Below, piece by piece: positions 11,871-25,555 of a DNA stretch of 64,000 nt. The notes beneath the pieces were generated by a model that worked only from the letters and a program-made list of their open reading frames with translations, was not told the origin of the DNA and ran no database searches. The stretch's first letter is position 1, and each line of letters opens with the position of its first letter. The position numbers were made by a program, and so were the translations under genes. Source of the stretch: Haliotis cracherodii (lineage: Eukaryota); contig NW_027266276.1 in NCBI RefSeq assembly GCF_022045235.1, positions 496,001 to 560,000 on the forward strand, in the 5' to 3' direction.

Positions 11871-12833
11871 AGGAAAGTCTAACTCTTCCTCCTCTGTCTC
11901 CTGTCTCTGGCCTTTGCCGGGAAGAAAGCCCTGCTCGGAAACAGTGTGTAAGTCCCAGAAAATATATTTGACTGAATCAGATATGGACTTCTGTGAAACA
12001 AACACATATACCACAATTTCCGATACATGCTTGGGAGAATTACCCCGACGAACGGTTATGTTTGTGAAGAGAAACTGTGCAAATGGATGATGACCCTTCT
12101 GGTGTGACAGTTTGCTTGGATATAAACTTGACTACTGGTGGCTGTTGTTAAATAATATTTACTTCCTCATTCACTCTGTATTGTAGTTCTCAAACACAAC
12201 TTCAGAGTAGCAGCATTTAAATTGAAAGGCCTAATTGTGTTTTGAAGTTTTGAACGGCGGCGAAATCCGCAACCTCGTCAACTCAGTAGTGATCAAGTTT
12301 GGCATGGACGCTGACCACCTGGATTGTGAACAGGAGTGGGAACGGGATTTCACCTCCCTCTTCACCAACGACATTCTCGACCTTTTCTGCGACTTCGTCT
12401 GCAAGGTGTAAGTCAATGATTGTAAAGACAGGGAATAAATGGTTCAACCACAGGTGATATGCTTAGGATTCTGCAGGGCTTGTGATTAAAATGATGGATG
12501 ATTCTCAGCGTCGTTTAAACATTGAATCATTGTGCCATAACGCCCCATAACATCCTAGAGGATTATACTGTATAAAAGACCCGCGATGACACATGTTGAA
12601 ATGGTTGATAAGGCCCTGTAACACATGTGTAACATAATTTCGTGTTGCAATGGTCTTCTTGCACACTTAGTCCATGCTTGTTGCAGTGATCGAGAGCCTC
12701 CTGTTATTATCACGGTGCCCTGAACTAAGTCGTTATGCATATGTACGCTTCACACGCTGTATTTTATTACAGAATCCAGAGCCTGATTCAAAGGTCTCAC
12801 CACGACTCACCGACTACCGCTGTCACCAAATAA
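11871..12833 (+). pseudogene. Array copy 2: pseudogene; exon remnants 11871-11943, 12248-12407, 12773-12833
   Basis: Start codon ATG->AGG (11871), in-frame TAA at codon 4 (11880-11882), upstream acceptor/5'UTR partly deleted, second Cys changed to Trp with a 12-nt insertion, non-coding exon 1 missing. Confidence 0.88.
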
Positions 12834-14004
12834 AGTATTTTCAAATGGTAATCAATATAAACTAGCCATGCAATTTTTTTTGGTTAAAAATGTAATATTG
12901 AAGCACTATCTGCGCATATAAATTATATACCTAGTCCACAAACCTTCTAAAAAATTGCAAAGGACTAATAGTATGGATCCATTCTCCTCATGGTTACAAG
13001 ATGCAAAGTGAGGTTAGGTGAAATGAAATTTGGTTTAACTTGTATTCCAGATTATTACATTTAAGTAATGCCGCATTTTTGTGCTAGCCCATTGCGATAT
13101 CATGCCGCACTGTTAACATGGATATACTCAGACACAGCATACTGACTCTTGTCGACAGTTCTTGTCTTATCCCATCAATGCCGAGTGGCGGCAGGGTAAA
13201 ACGAGTACTATCTCTAACGTCTAAAATGCCTACACCAATCCTCAGCATCCGCGTCTGCCAAAAGTCGATATGAAAATGTAAGAAATCTGCATATGCCCTG
13301 TTAGAATTGTGTACATGTCACCAGTCCAGTTCACAACGGTCGTCGCTGGTCGTCACAGTGTAGTAAAATCCTGTCACCCAACCTTTTGTCGGCCTAGGAT
13401 AGACTGGAGAAAACATGTGTCCCATGATCCCATGATCTTGATGAGGTTGCAATAGGTAAGGAACGTGACGTCACGGAAGGTGAACGCAGGACATGTGGCG
13501 GCTCCCAGTCTATCCCAGCACCGAAGGTTAACATGGGGATTGTGACGTTATCTGTTAAGAGAAGCACTGTCACTCCTTCACATCTCGACACACAGCTTAT
13601 TGCATACAGAAATAATGGTTCACCTACAAAGTCCTTGAGGACCGTCCATCTACCATTCTTCGGGAGGGGCGTAGGGACAAAGAGACAACATATATTTCGT
13701 CACCAAGTTCTTCTAGATATACAATGGTTTTCCGTGAAAGAGTGAGCTGAGCGGAACTTTATCATAACCAAACGTGAATTGAACCAACATATTTTAGACA
13801 TTAGAGCAATATGACATTTCGGAGACGTTAGGGGCATTGTGCCATATTTGGAATATTTTTCATGTCAGCGACTTATGGCATTTGTAATAAATTACCCGTC
13901 ATTATTGTTCCGCGGAAGATGCCAATAGATGTATCTGTATGACAGATAGCGTGAACAGGACTTCCAAGTTAAACCATGTCAGTTTGAATAAGTACCTCCT
14001 TACA

Positions 14005-14658
14005 ATGAAGAGCTGAGAGCCATAAGGGCCAATGTCATGTGGAGTCTGTTTGGAGAAAAGTGATGAAAACCATAACCATATGCATGCTAATGAATTTTTT
14101 TACTGATAAATTCCTAGACATTAACGCATTCTGACAGCAGAGATACAAATGTTGTTATAAGAAGCATTTAAAAAAGGAAATAAACTTACGTTTTTAATTT
14201 GTGTAAGGGTGGAAAGGGCCAATGTCTGTATTTTGGCCCTTTTTGACCATCAGGCATTTGCATGGGATTTAACATGTGAGATTGGTAAACTACTACTGCT
14301 GAAAGTACAAACACATACTATTGAAGTATTTTAAATGATATAAACTATTTCCAATTTGTTGAAATAGTTGAAACATAATAATAAGGTGTCCAAACTTTCA
14401 AAATCTCTCTCAGACAACCAGTCTCAACCACACACGGAAATGAGAGCTAAAACGGCCAAAATCCAGCAAAGGGACTTTGGCTCTTTTGGAACTTGACTTT
14501 GGCCCTCTAGAATTTTAAGTAGCTATAAAAAAACGCACCAATGAAAACATACAATATTCTTTTCACAGATAGACAAGAACTCATAGATGTTATTTGTGCA
14601 ATAAAATGCAAAAAGGGCCAAAATGCATTTTGGCCCCTTTTAGCACTAAGGTCTTCAT
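14005..14658. mobile_element. Non-autonomous DNA-transposon/MITE-like insertion
   Basis: Absent at the paralogous site (~7750); imperfect terminal inverted repeats (TIRs) ATGAAGA..T.AG.GC..AAGGGCCAA; internal AAGGGCCAA/TTGGCCC repeats. Confidence 0.55.
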
Positions 14659-15841
14659 AAATAACTCCCCTTACAAATGAAAACTGAAAAACAAAATAAA
14701 AATCATCAATATTCATAAAATAAATTATTTAGCGTCTGAATTTATTCAGACTAGAATATACTTCTCAAAGAAATTAAAGAACACCCGATTTGTTCCTATT
14801 ACTGTAAGTCTTTGAAAGGCGTCTAGAAGTGATACACATAAGGAAGAGAATTTATGGATGTCAACTTCTTTAGTATGAGGACCACGAACATGGTATTTCT
14901 CATAATAAAGAAGTTTATATCCATAAATACTCTTCCTCATATTACTGTAGTTAATGTGTCTTGGTATGCCGTGAGGAGACTCACTACACTGACGTTGGCT
15001 GTTCGATGGTTCGAAAGACGTCTTTTTTTGTCATTACATTCCATGTGACGTGGCATTCCAGTTTTGGTTTGTGAGTTCAATGTTGGAGGAAAGACCGAAG
15101 TGATGCAGGTCTCAGACGTTTCCCACTGTGGTGAAACCAACAAGCACGGATGTGATGCTAACAAAACTCGGAATCTGTGATTTTGACACACCTGACGAAT
15201 GCAAGTCGGCGAAAGTACATATTGTGCCTCAGACGACTGGGCAAGAGCCTGATGCACAAAATGATATGTGCATAGCTATTACCACATTTATCCGTATAAT
15301 AACACTACACCTTCAGTTATTAGAAAGTCACATGCGGACGGGACGTGTAAGGGGGACTCTGTGTGGGGACTCTGTGTCTGTGTGTGTGTGTTGGGGGGGG
15401 GGGGGGGGGGGGTAGGGTGTGTTGGTGGCGGCGGTGGCCCTAACCAAATATTGGAGAGTCTACTTTTGTACTTTTTTTCCAGACATTTCCAATTTTCTCC
15501 TTGGTTACATCGATAAGTCACCATGACATTCCGCGAGTTTTACAACTCGTCCATTTCAATACATATTTTATGTAACTCTGTTCACCGTGCCATTGGTAGA
15601 TGTCCACAAAGATTTCATGACAGTATGTGTGCTCATACAGACTACATTAGGAAATGTAGTGCAATTTATGTAATGTGTTGCTCATCGGTACTGACATCAG
15701 TTACATAAAAAGCCTACAATCGCAATGCACACGTTCTCTTTCCATGTATTCTGCATTTATTTCAAGATAAGGCGCATTTAGAACTAAACTCTAGGTATGC
15801 GTTGATTGGTTGGAAGGAACGTGTGAGACGTGTTGAAGGGC

Positions 15842-15894
15842 TTTAAATATCAAACATTTGCTGAGTGTCAGTCTTCCTGATTTGAACGGTAAGT
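15842..15894 (+). promoter_or_regulatory. Copy 3 core promoter and non-coding exon 1 (15870-15888)
   Basis: TTTAAATA at 15842, Inr TCAGTC at 15868, donor ACG|GTAAGT. Confidence 0.7.
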
Positions 15895-16656
15895 GCAACA
15901 TATAGGACGCAGTGTAAATGAACAAATCTTATGCTACTTGTGCAGTTATTGCACATGGGACTTTCGCCGCTTGTAACAGTTCCTGCCAGGAAAGGCTTCC
16001 ACCATTATTCCGATCTGGGAATAGAACGCGGACCTTTGCTTGGCGAGCCAACACTTTAACAACTTGGCTACCAATCCGCCCGATTTGTTAGATGTGTGTA
16101 TGACTGGGTGTAACGATTAGAAAAGTTTATTTAACTCAATATCGTCATGTGCTTTAATTTAATCATTGATGTTCGGAGACAGGTTATTTTGGCTGTCAGG
16201 TAATGGATGGGGGACCGTGGATAATATCCTGCAGCCCGCAATGGACGATTTCAGTCATTGAGTGGGTTCTTATTAAGCCAAAGGCCGAGGTATGATTTCT
16301 CACAATGTACCGGTACATTGTGTGAAACCCATTTTCTTGTTTTTAGCTCGCGATATTGCTGTAGTATTGCTGAAAGCAAAAAAAAACCACTCACTCATCC
16401 AAGCTTTCGGAATGTATTTTTTTAATTTTATAAGTTTGATTGTATTGATTCAAGCCATGGAATCACAGATCTGTGACTTATTCTGTGAAATAAGAAATAG
16501 TAAGCCACAAACAAAAATACATTATTCATCATTTGATATTCTAAAATTTCATAATATCAATTTGTTTTTGTAAATTATATATGTCTTCCTACAAAGCTAA
16601 GATGCTTTGAAACAACGTGTCTATGATTTATTATCTCAGGCAGAAACAACTTCAAC

Positions 16657-17586
16657 ATGAAAGTCGCTATCTTCCTCCTCTGTCTCCTGCCTCTGGCCTT
16701 TGCCGAGAAGAAAGCCCTGCTCGGAAACAGTATGTAACACGAAATCCTCAAAAATATATTTGACTGAATCAGATATGGACTTCAGTGAAACAAACACATA
16801 TACCACAATTTCCGATACATGCTTGGGAGAATTACCCCGACGAAAGGTTTTGTTTGTGAAGAGAAACTGTGCATATGGACGATGACCCTTCTGGTGTGAC
16901 AGTTTGCCTGGATATAAACTTGAATATTGTTGGCTGGTGTTAAATAATATTCACTGACCCACTCTGTACTATAGTTCTCAACCACAACTTCAGAGGAGTA
17001 GCAGTATTCAAACTGAAAGGCCAAATTTTGCTTTATAGTTCTGGACGGTGGCGAAATCCGCAACCTCGTCCAATCAGTAGTGACAAAGTTTGGCAGCGAC
17101 GCTACCGAACAAGAGTGTGAACAGGAGTGCACCGCTCTCTTCACCAACGACATTCTCGACCTTGGCTGCGACTTCGCCTGCAAGGGGTAAGTCCGTGATT
17201 ATAAAGACAGGGTTCAACCACAGGTTTTATACTTAAGATTTCGCAGGGTTTGTTGATTAAAATGAAGGATGATTCTCAGCGTCGTTGAAACATTGAATCA
17301 TTGTGCCATAACATCCTATAACTTCCCAGAGAAATATACTGTATAAAAGACATGCGATGACACGTTGCAATGGGCGATAAGGCCCGGATTCATATAACAT
17401 ATAACATATAACATTATTCCCTGTTGACATGATCGATAGCCTCCTGTTACCATCATGGTGCCTTGAACTAAGTCATAAGATGGATGTACCCTTAGTCAGT
17501 ATTCACGCATTCTGTTTTATTTCAGAATCCAGAGCCTTATTCAAAGATTTCACCACGACTCACCGACTACCGCTGCCACCAAATAA
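16657..17586 (+). CDS. Array copy 3: secreted twin-CX3C protein, 93 aa; exons 16657-16729, 17039-17186, 17526-17586
   Basis: MKVAIFLLCLLPLAFAEKKALLGNILDGGEIRNLVQSVVTKFGSDATEQECEQECTALFTNDILDLGCDFACKGIQSLIQRFHHDSPTTAATK*; canonical splice sites; AATAAA downstream. Confidence 0.9.
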
Positions 17587-18458
17587 AGTATTAAATTTTG
17601 TAACTGGTCATGAATAAAATCTAACTTCGCCACAATGCAAGTTTTGTTGTTAGAAATGTAATATTGAAGCATTATCTACGGATATCCAGAAATCCACAGT
17701 CCACACATTTTTTCAAAACTTACCATGGACTATTAGTTCGGGTCGGTGGGTAGCCTAGTGGTTAAGGTGTTAAGGCATTTTCGATTCTCCTCACGGTTAC
17801 AGCATGTGAGGCAATTTTCTGATTTCCCAACTCCCATGTTGCAAGGTGAGGTTAGGTGAAGTGAAATGGGGTTTAAAANNNNNNNNNNNNNNNNNNNNNN
17901 NNNNNNNNNNNNNNNNNNNNNNNNNNNNNNNNNNNNNNNNNNNNNNNNNNNNNNNNNNNNNNNNNNNNNNNNNNNNNNNNNNNNNNNNNNNNNNNNNNNN
18001 NNNNNNNNNNNNNNNNNNNNNNNNNNNNNNNNNNNNNNNNNNNNNNNNNNNNNNNNNNNNNATACCTAGTAGTAATACCGCATTTTTCTGCCAGCCCAGA
18101 GCGATACTATGGCGCACTTTAACATGAATACCTCACTCAGACACAGCATACTGACTGCGAGCCGACAGTTCTTGTAATACACCTCAATGCCGAGCGGCGG
18201 CAGGGTAACAACCAGTACCATCTTTAACGTCTAATATGCCCGCACCAGCTTTCAGCATCCGCGTCTGCCAAAGGTCGGTATGAAAATGTAAGAAATCTGC
18301 ATATGCTCTGTTAGAATTGTGTACATGTCACCAGTCCAGTTCACAACGGTCGTTGCTGGTTGTCACAGTGTAGTAAAATCCTGTCACCCAACCTTTTGTC
18401 GGCCTAGGATAGACTGGAGGAAAGATGTGTCCCAAGATCTTGATGAGGTCTCAATAGT

Positions 18459-18610
18459 TGAGTGAGTGAGTGAGTATGGTTTATGCCGCTTTTAGCAATA
18501 TTCCAGCAATACACAATAAATGAGGTTCACAAATTGTACCCATGTCGGAAATCGAACCCCCGTCTTTGGCGTGACGAGCGAACGCTTTAACCACTAGGCT
18601 ACCCGACCGT
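18459..18610 (-). mobile_element. SINE family A
   Basis: (TGAG)n tail and reversed A/B boxes; absent at the paralogous site ~13455. Confidence 0.8.
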
Positions 18611-18956
18611 AATAAGTAAGGAACGTGACATCATGGACATGGGGCATGTGGCAGCTACCAGTCTATCCCAGCACTGAAGGTTAACATGGGGATTGTGACG
18701 CTTTGTGTATATCACTGTCACTCCTTCACATCTCGGTACACAGCTTATTACATACAGAATTAAAAGTTCACCTACAAAATCCGTTAGGATCGTCCAACTA
18801 CATTCTTGGGGAGGGGGGAGGGAACCGAGGAGACGGGATATATGTTTCAGTCAGCACATCTGGGTATACAATGGTTTTCTCTTAAAGAGAAAGTCAGACA
18901 ATTTTCATCGCAGTAAGTTCATAATCGAAACGTGATGTAGAACCAACACAATTGAG

Positions 18957-19522
18957 GGACATTAGAGACATATGGCATGCTAAAGATATATTGCAGGTTA
19001 GAGATATATGGCATGTTATGGATATATGGTGTGTTAGAGATAAATGGCCTGTTAGGGATATATGGCATGTCAGGGGTATATGGCATGTTAGAGGTATATC
19101 GCATGTTAGAGGTATATGGGATGTTTGAGGTATATAGCATGTTATAGGTATATGGCATGTTAGGGATTTATGGCCTGTTAGGTATATGTGGCATGTTAGA
19201 GATATATGGCCTGTTAGGGATATAAGGCACGTTAGAGGTATATGGCATGTTGGGGGTGTATGGTATGTTGGAGGTGTATGGCACGTTAGGTATATATAGC
19301 ATGTTAGGGATATATGGCATCTTAGAGATAGATGGCCTCTTTGGGATATATGGCATGTTAAAGATATATGGCCTGTTAAGGATATATGGCATGGCAAGGT
19401 TGTATGGTATGTTAGAGGTATATGGCATGTTAGGGATGTATGGCATGTTAGGTATATATGGCTTGTTAGAGGTTTATGGCATGTTAGAGGTATATGGCAT
19501 GTCAGGGATATATGGCATCTTA
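18957..19522. repeat. 18-bp minisatellite, same family as 655-1875
   Basis: GGCATGTTAG(A/G)G(G/A)TATAT period. Confidence 0.92.
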
Positions 19523-19747
19523 GAACTTTTTTTTATATTCGTTGCCATCTCTATCAACCACCAATTAGAATTTGACAGGAGAAATTGCTGTGAAATCTTA
19601 AAAAATGACAGATCACAAACATGAATATTCAAACTCTCGTATCATAAAAATGTCAGCTCATCTGCATCCTTTGTTGTTGAGTATTTTAGCCACGGCACCA
19701 TTGGTTGCAGCGACCATCTAGTGCTGAGAAAAAGTTCAGAGGATAGG

Positions 19748-19800
19748 TTTAAATAGCGTCGCAATGGGTTACGTCATTCTTCTTATCTAAGACGGTAAGT
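19748..19800 (+). promoter_or_regulatory. Copy 4 core promoter and non-coding exon 1 (19776-19794)
   Basis: TTTAAATA at 19748, Inr TCATTC at 19774, donor ACG|GTAAGT. Confidence 0.7.
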
Positions 19801-20569
19801 GGAACGGACAGACGTGTAATCGTGAGATAGGTTTGTGTAACATCATGTTCGTTATGATACATGGGGACAGTTAGATTTCAGTCAAATTCAACTGTTTAAT
19901 TAGTTACCTTTTTATAATTTTCTGCTACATGTGAGGTGAGGTGATATGGGTTTCCCCTTTTCGCGAAAACCTGGTATCATTTCTATTTGATAGTGATTCA
20001 TAAACACATGCTCATGATATAGTCGGAATCGTACAATCGACTCTGCTTTATGCAGAGATTTCTTTTGGATGTGGAAAGGATGTTGTAGCTCTATTCACTG
20101 ATTTTAAGTGATCTTAAGATGATTTAAGCTCTTATTTTGCTTTCTAGCTGCTATCGTTTTATATTTAACGGTGTGTTCAGGATTGACACAGGAGCAAAGT
20201 GCAACCACGTGTCTGAAACTTGAATTTCACTATTTATAGGGTAGGGGAACTGTAGCAACACGTAAAGCACGCTTTCCATGTGGTATCTGGACAAATTTAG
20301 GTTCATGAAACTATGGAAGCCTAATTCAGTCATCTATCATCATATTTCGTATTTCTGATTCCCACACCTGAAATCTAGAGACTATGAATATGGTGGCGCT
20401 TAATTTTTGTGCATGTGTATATTATCATTACCGGTGAAGACGGCGAAGGCTGGCCCAGGCATCCGAGGCGTTGAACATGGTTTAGTCCGTTTGGTATGGT
20501 TGTTGTTTTGCGCCACAGTCAGCAATACTCCAGCAATATGGTTAAATGTGCTTCAATCATATCGCGACG

Positions 20570-20770
20570 GGCACGTGCTGCGTGCGTGCGTGTGTGCGCT
20601 AGTCCTGACTACTGACATGCCACTGAGATACCATGCCGCAGTTTAACATGGATACCCCACTCACAGTATTCTTACTCCGAGCCGACCAGTCCTTGTTTTA
20701 GCCCCTTAGTGCCGAGCGTCATGCAGGGCAGCAAGTACTTTCTTTTTACGTCTTTTTGTGTGACGCGACA
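20570..20770 (-). mobile_element. SINE family C remnant in intron 1 of copy 4 (similar at ~28380-28625, ~37930-38210, ~49290-49570, ~22820-23020)
   Basis: GAGATACCATGCCGCAGTTTAACATGGATACC core. Confidence 0.65.
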
Positions 20771-21477
20771 GGGGAATATGCTTCAGATGGATGCATCTTT
20801 CAGATACAAGTTATGATTGTGCCTTTGCGTAATCGGGTGAGATCATGTATAATGTGTCCTTTAACACATTTAGTGAATGTTTAAGTTTGCTTTATGTTGC
20901 AAGTGGTATGCTATATACTACGAGCTGCATATATTGAACTAACAATAAAATGATTTCTTTGCATTTATGAAAAAGGACAAGATCAGGTTTGTTGACCTGG
21001 ATACATCTGAGGCTGTATACAGGTCTATTCCAAAGATCTTGTGGCGGAAGTCAAAACAGGGAATTAGGAAATCGGACATCGTTTTTGTTACTGATGCTTC
21101 ACATTTAGAAATGTCCTCCACATGTCTTCTATTAAACATTTCGAAAGCTTTACTTGGTATTGAATGGTGCCCATGGGGATGCCTACTTCTTGTCTAAAAT
21201 TCTTACCACTAAAATTTACACAGATATTATCAATGAGGAAGTCCAGCATTCAGACACCAGGTCACTCAAAGTGCTTTTGTAAGACAGATGTGATTCTGAT
21301 CGAATGTGTATGTCTATCATGTGACACAAGGACACACAAAGTAGTGGCGCTTGGGTGCTCGTCTCCCACATAGTACAAGACAGACATTGTAGTGACATAG
21401 AGTATGTGTATCTCCAGATCCAACTTGACACTATTGTGACATGTGTTGTGTGTGTCTCTAAGGTGAAAAACAACAAC

Positions 21478-22579
21478 ATGAAGGTCGCCATCGTCCTCCT
21501 CTATCTCCTGCCTCTGGCCTTTGCCGAGAAGAGGGAACTGCTCGGAAACAGTAAGTGTCACGACACATGTACATGTTCACATAAAACACGAGTTTCTTAT
21601 TGTATTTGAATAAACACACAGTCATCACACAATGCATACACACCAACGCCAGATCTCTCCTCATCCAACCCCACCCTACCCCACCCAACCCCACCCTCAC
21701 ACACGTTCTTTGACTGCCAGAATAACATGAAGACGTCTCAGTTTCATACAAGGAACGCCTTTGTTGGAAATGGACAGCATTCAACTAATCACAAGAATAC
21801 ACGAGCAACGTCAATGTCACACAACTTCAATGTGGTTGTATTCATATTTAAAGGCATAATTTTGTTTTTGTAGTCCTTAACGGCGGCCAAATTCAAAATC
21901 TCATCACTTCTGTGATTAGGAGGTATGGCATACATGCAAACGTTTGGCAGTGCGAGAAGGAGTGTCTGGAACTCTTCACCAACCACATCCTCGACCTCGG
22001 CTGCGACTTCACCTGCAAGGGGTAAGTCAATCGTTTAAAAGACAGGGAATAAATGGTTCAATCACTGGTGTTATTATGCCTCCGAAAGGGTTTGTGATTA
22101 GAATGTAGGGTGATTCTCAGCCTCGTGTATTATGAATCATTGTGCCGCAATGCCCTGTAACATCTGATATTCTTATACAGTTACAAAGACCAGTGATGTC
22201 ACAAGTTGAAAGTCTGAGAGCGCCCTGTGACGTTAATGTAACATCAACTTCTTGTTGCAGTGATCGTTAGCCTCATGCAGCAGACTAGATGCATACTTGT
22301 TGCAGTGATCGATAGCCTTTCATAGCACACTTGTGGCATTCTTGTTGCATTTATCAATAGCTTCTTATAGCACATTGTTGATTTCTTTTTGCGATGATCG
22401 ATAGCCACCTGCTACAACCATGGTGCCCTGGACTAAATCGTTGTTTTCTTTAACAAACTGTTTTTTACAGAATCCAGAGCCTTATTCAGCACCACTTACC
22501 CACGACCCATGCCGTACACCCAAAAATAACTACCCATGGCGCTAACCGCCACCCAACCACTCATGCTGCTGCCAAATAA
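21478..22579 (+). CDS. Array copy 4: divergent His-tailed paralog, 109 aa; exons 21478-21550, 21874-22021, 22471-22579
   Basis: MKVAIVLLYLLPLAFAEKRELLGNILNGGQIQNLITSVIRRYGIHANVWQCEKECLELFTNHILDLGCDFTCKGIQSLIQHHLPTTHAVHPKITTHGANRHPTTHAAAK*; all four mature Cys, the 73/148-nt exon lengths and the splice sites are retained. Confidence 0.88.
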
Positions 22580-23529
22580 AGTATCTGAAACTGTTCATGA
22601 ATAAAATGTAACTTCGCCACCATGCAGTTTCTGTTGTTTAAAATAAAATACTGAAGCACAATCTACGCATAAACGCTTCATACGCTGTCCGTAAAACGTT
22701 TCGAAAATTACAAAGGACAGGAAGATGGGTGGGTACTCACTTGTTAAGTTGTTGAGGCGTTTTCGATTCTCCTCATAGTTACTGCACGTGAAGCGAAATC
22801 CTGATTTCCCCGAAACACCACACGCCTCTCTTTGTGCTCGCCATTGAGCAACTGTGCCTCAATTTAACATGGACACCTCACTCACACGGTATACTGACTC
22901 CGAGCCGACCACCTCTTTAATGCAGAGTTCCAGGCGGGTAACGACTACCAACTTTAACGTCTGTATCTCTGACAAGGCCGGGGATCGAACAGCTGACCTT
23001 CCGCTGTCCACCAGGCGGTCACCACATGCAGGGTACGTCAACCTTGTAGGTAAAGCGTCACACTTCAGATGTAGCTCGATTTTAAGAACGAGATCTACAA
23101 GACCTTATAAGGTAATAACATGACTTCAACATGGAGGCCCAGACTTCCAAGGCTTATCACTTATAGTGTATTGATCAACCGATCATAAGTTCGAATCAGA
23201 GACTCGCCCTGATTATGATAATTGATTTGTCAGCACCACACTCGGGCTTGTTAGTTTCACCAAAGCCGTAAACGTCTTTCTCATCAGTTAGACTTTCCTC
23301 CACGTTTCGTTGACACGCACCAATGTAATGAAATGCTACCTAAAGTGGCCCCTTAACACAGTATTTGGAAAACATGACTATTTGTGAGTATCCAATCCTA
23401 CTTGATGCAAATCGGGTCGCAAAAGGCCTAGAAACGCCCTGATGTCGCTCATATAGGCAAAGGCAGACATCTAGAAACTGCTACCACTGACAAATACTAT
23501 GTGTTCATGTATGACAGTCGCTGCTTTCA

Positions 23530-24425
23530 TACTACACACTCCTCCGTCAAGAGAAGAAAGTTTTAATCCAGTGAAAACTTTATGTAAAATGGACACGTTC
23601 AAGGAGAAAGTTTACTTATTACTGTATTACTCCAAAAGAACACAAAATACATTCTACCAGCAAGATCATGAAAACTGCATGAACATATGTGTTCGGAGTA
23701 AATGAACTGACTCTAGACAGAACATCCGCAATCACGATGTCTTTTTGCATGGTATATTTGATTTGAAGATTAAATCTTGCAAAGACAAACGCCAATTCAC
23801 CAATCTCTGATTTTGGTTCTTCATCTTATCACGAAAAGTCAGTGGATTGTGATGAGAGAAAACTTCAAAGGGATAAACTGTATAGTTTCCAAATACACGA
23901 AAGCATGACTTGTATTTTTTTCTCTGTGGCAAAGTAATCTTTCTGCTGCTTGTCAAATTTCTTTGAAAAATAACAAATAGTATGATGGATATAACTTCCA
24001 TTTCCTTGTAATAAAAGACCATCAGCACCGATGTCACTTGCTACAATTACCAGCCGAAATATTTTCCTGAAGTGCAGGTGTTTTCAAGACTGAAGAATGC
24101 ATGATAATGGAATTTACTATTCCCAAAACTGCCTGGTTTTGACCGATAAGTTAGATACTACATCAGAAAAATGCCCCAGTTTCTATAGTTACCAACCGTA
24201 CTCGGAAACTTTATTAGTTCTTTTTTGTTTGGCAAAACTTTGAATTTGTAATAGCTTCTACTTTTGCATTGATATGGTGTACCTGAATCAAACAGGTGTT
24301 CAGTACAGGGTCAGTGCCCGGAAAAAGGGCCTTGATCTCAGCATGCACAAACAGCTTGAAACCTTCCACCAAAGCCAAATGCGTTACAAGCCTTTAAAAG
24401 TGCAACATAGGTGGGACTAATCTCA
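23530..24425 (-). mobile_element. Decayed Gypsy-type LTR retrotransposon pol fragment (RT/RNase H)
   Basis: Minus-strand FSHHNPLTFRDKMKNQNQRLVNWRLSLQD resembles the Gypsy RNase H C-terminal TDHNPL..KNQRL.RW.L.LQ motif; many stops; purine-rich tract near 23535. Confidence 0.65.
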
Positions 24426-24519
24426 TATTTCTGGTCTCATCAAAGTGATCTTGATCATGTTGATATGAATTGAGGACTGTAATATATCACTAGTAATGTG
24501 GTGTATCTCACCAAAATCA

Positions 24520-25480
24520 CTAGTACTGTGATATATCTGACCTACATCAAAAGTATTGTGATATATCTGACCTGCATCAAAAGTAGTGTGATATGTCTGA
24601 CCTACACCAAATGTAGTGTGGTGTATCGCACCTTCAAAGTATTGTAATATTGTTGACCTATATAAAAAAGGTTGTAATGTATCTGACAAACATTAAAAGT
24701 ATTGTGATATATCTGACCTACTTCAAAAGAAGTATGATATATCTGATAAACATCAAAAGTATTATGGTGTATATGACCTACATCAAAAGTATTGTGATAT
24801 ATCTGACCTACATAAAAAGTATTGTGATATATCTGACCTACATCAAAAGTATCATGGTGTATCTGACCTACATCAAAAGTATTATGATATATCAGACCTA
24901 CATAAAAAAGTATTGTGATATATCTGACGTACATCAAAAGTACTCTGATATATCTGACCTACATCAAAAGAAGTATGATATATCTGACCTACATCAAAAG
25001 TGGTGTGATATATCTGACCTACATAAAAGGTATTGTGATATATCTGACCCTCATTAAAAGTAGTGTGATATGTCTGACCTACATCAAAAGAAGTATGATA
25101 TATCTGACCTACATCAAAAGTGGTGTGATATATCTGACCTACATAAAAGGTATTGTGATATATCTGACCTTCATTTAAAGTAGTGTGATATGTCTGACCT
25201 ACATCAAAAGTATTGTGATATATCTGACCTACATCAAAAGTGTTATTTTATAGCTGACCTACATCAAAAGTATTGAAAATATGTGACCTGCATCAAAAGT
25301 TCTGTGATATATCTGTCCTACGTCATTAGTTCTGTGATATATCTGAACTACATCACTGGTACTGTAATACATCTGTCTGAAATCAATTGTACTGTAATAT
25401 ATCTGACCGGCATTGCTGGTAGTGTAATATATCTGACCAACTCTGCTATTACTGTAGTATATCCAACCAACTTCATTAGT
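24520..25480. repeat. 30-bp minisatellite (ATTGTGATATATCTGACCTACATCAAAAGT)n
   Basis: 30-bp period that decays at both ends. Confidence 0.93.
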
Positions 25481-25555
25481 ACTGTAATAAATCCACATCA
25501 CCACATCACTAGTATTATGCTGTGTCTGGCACACAAGTTTGTTCATGCATCGTAA

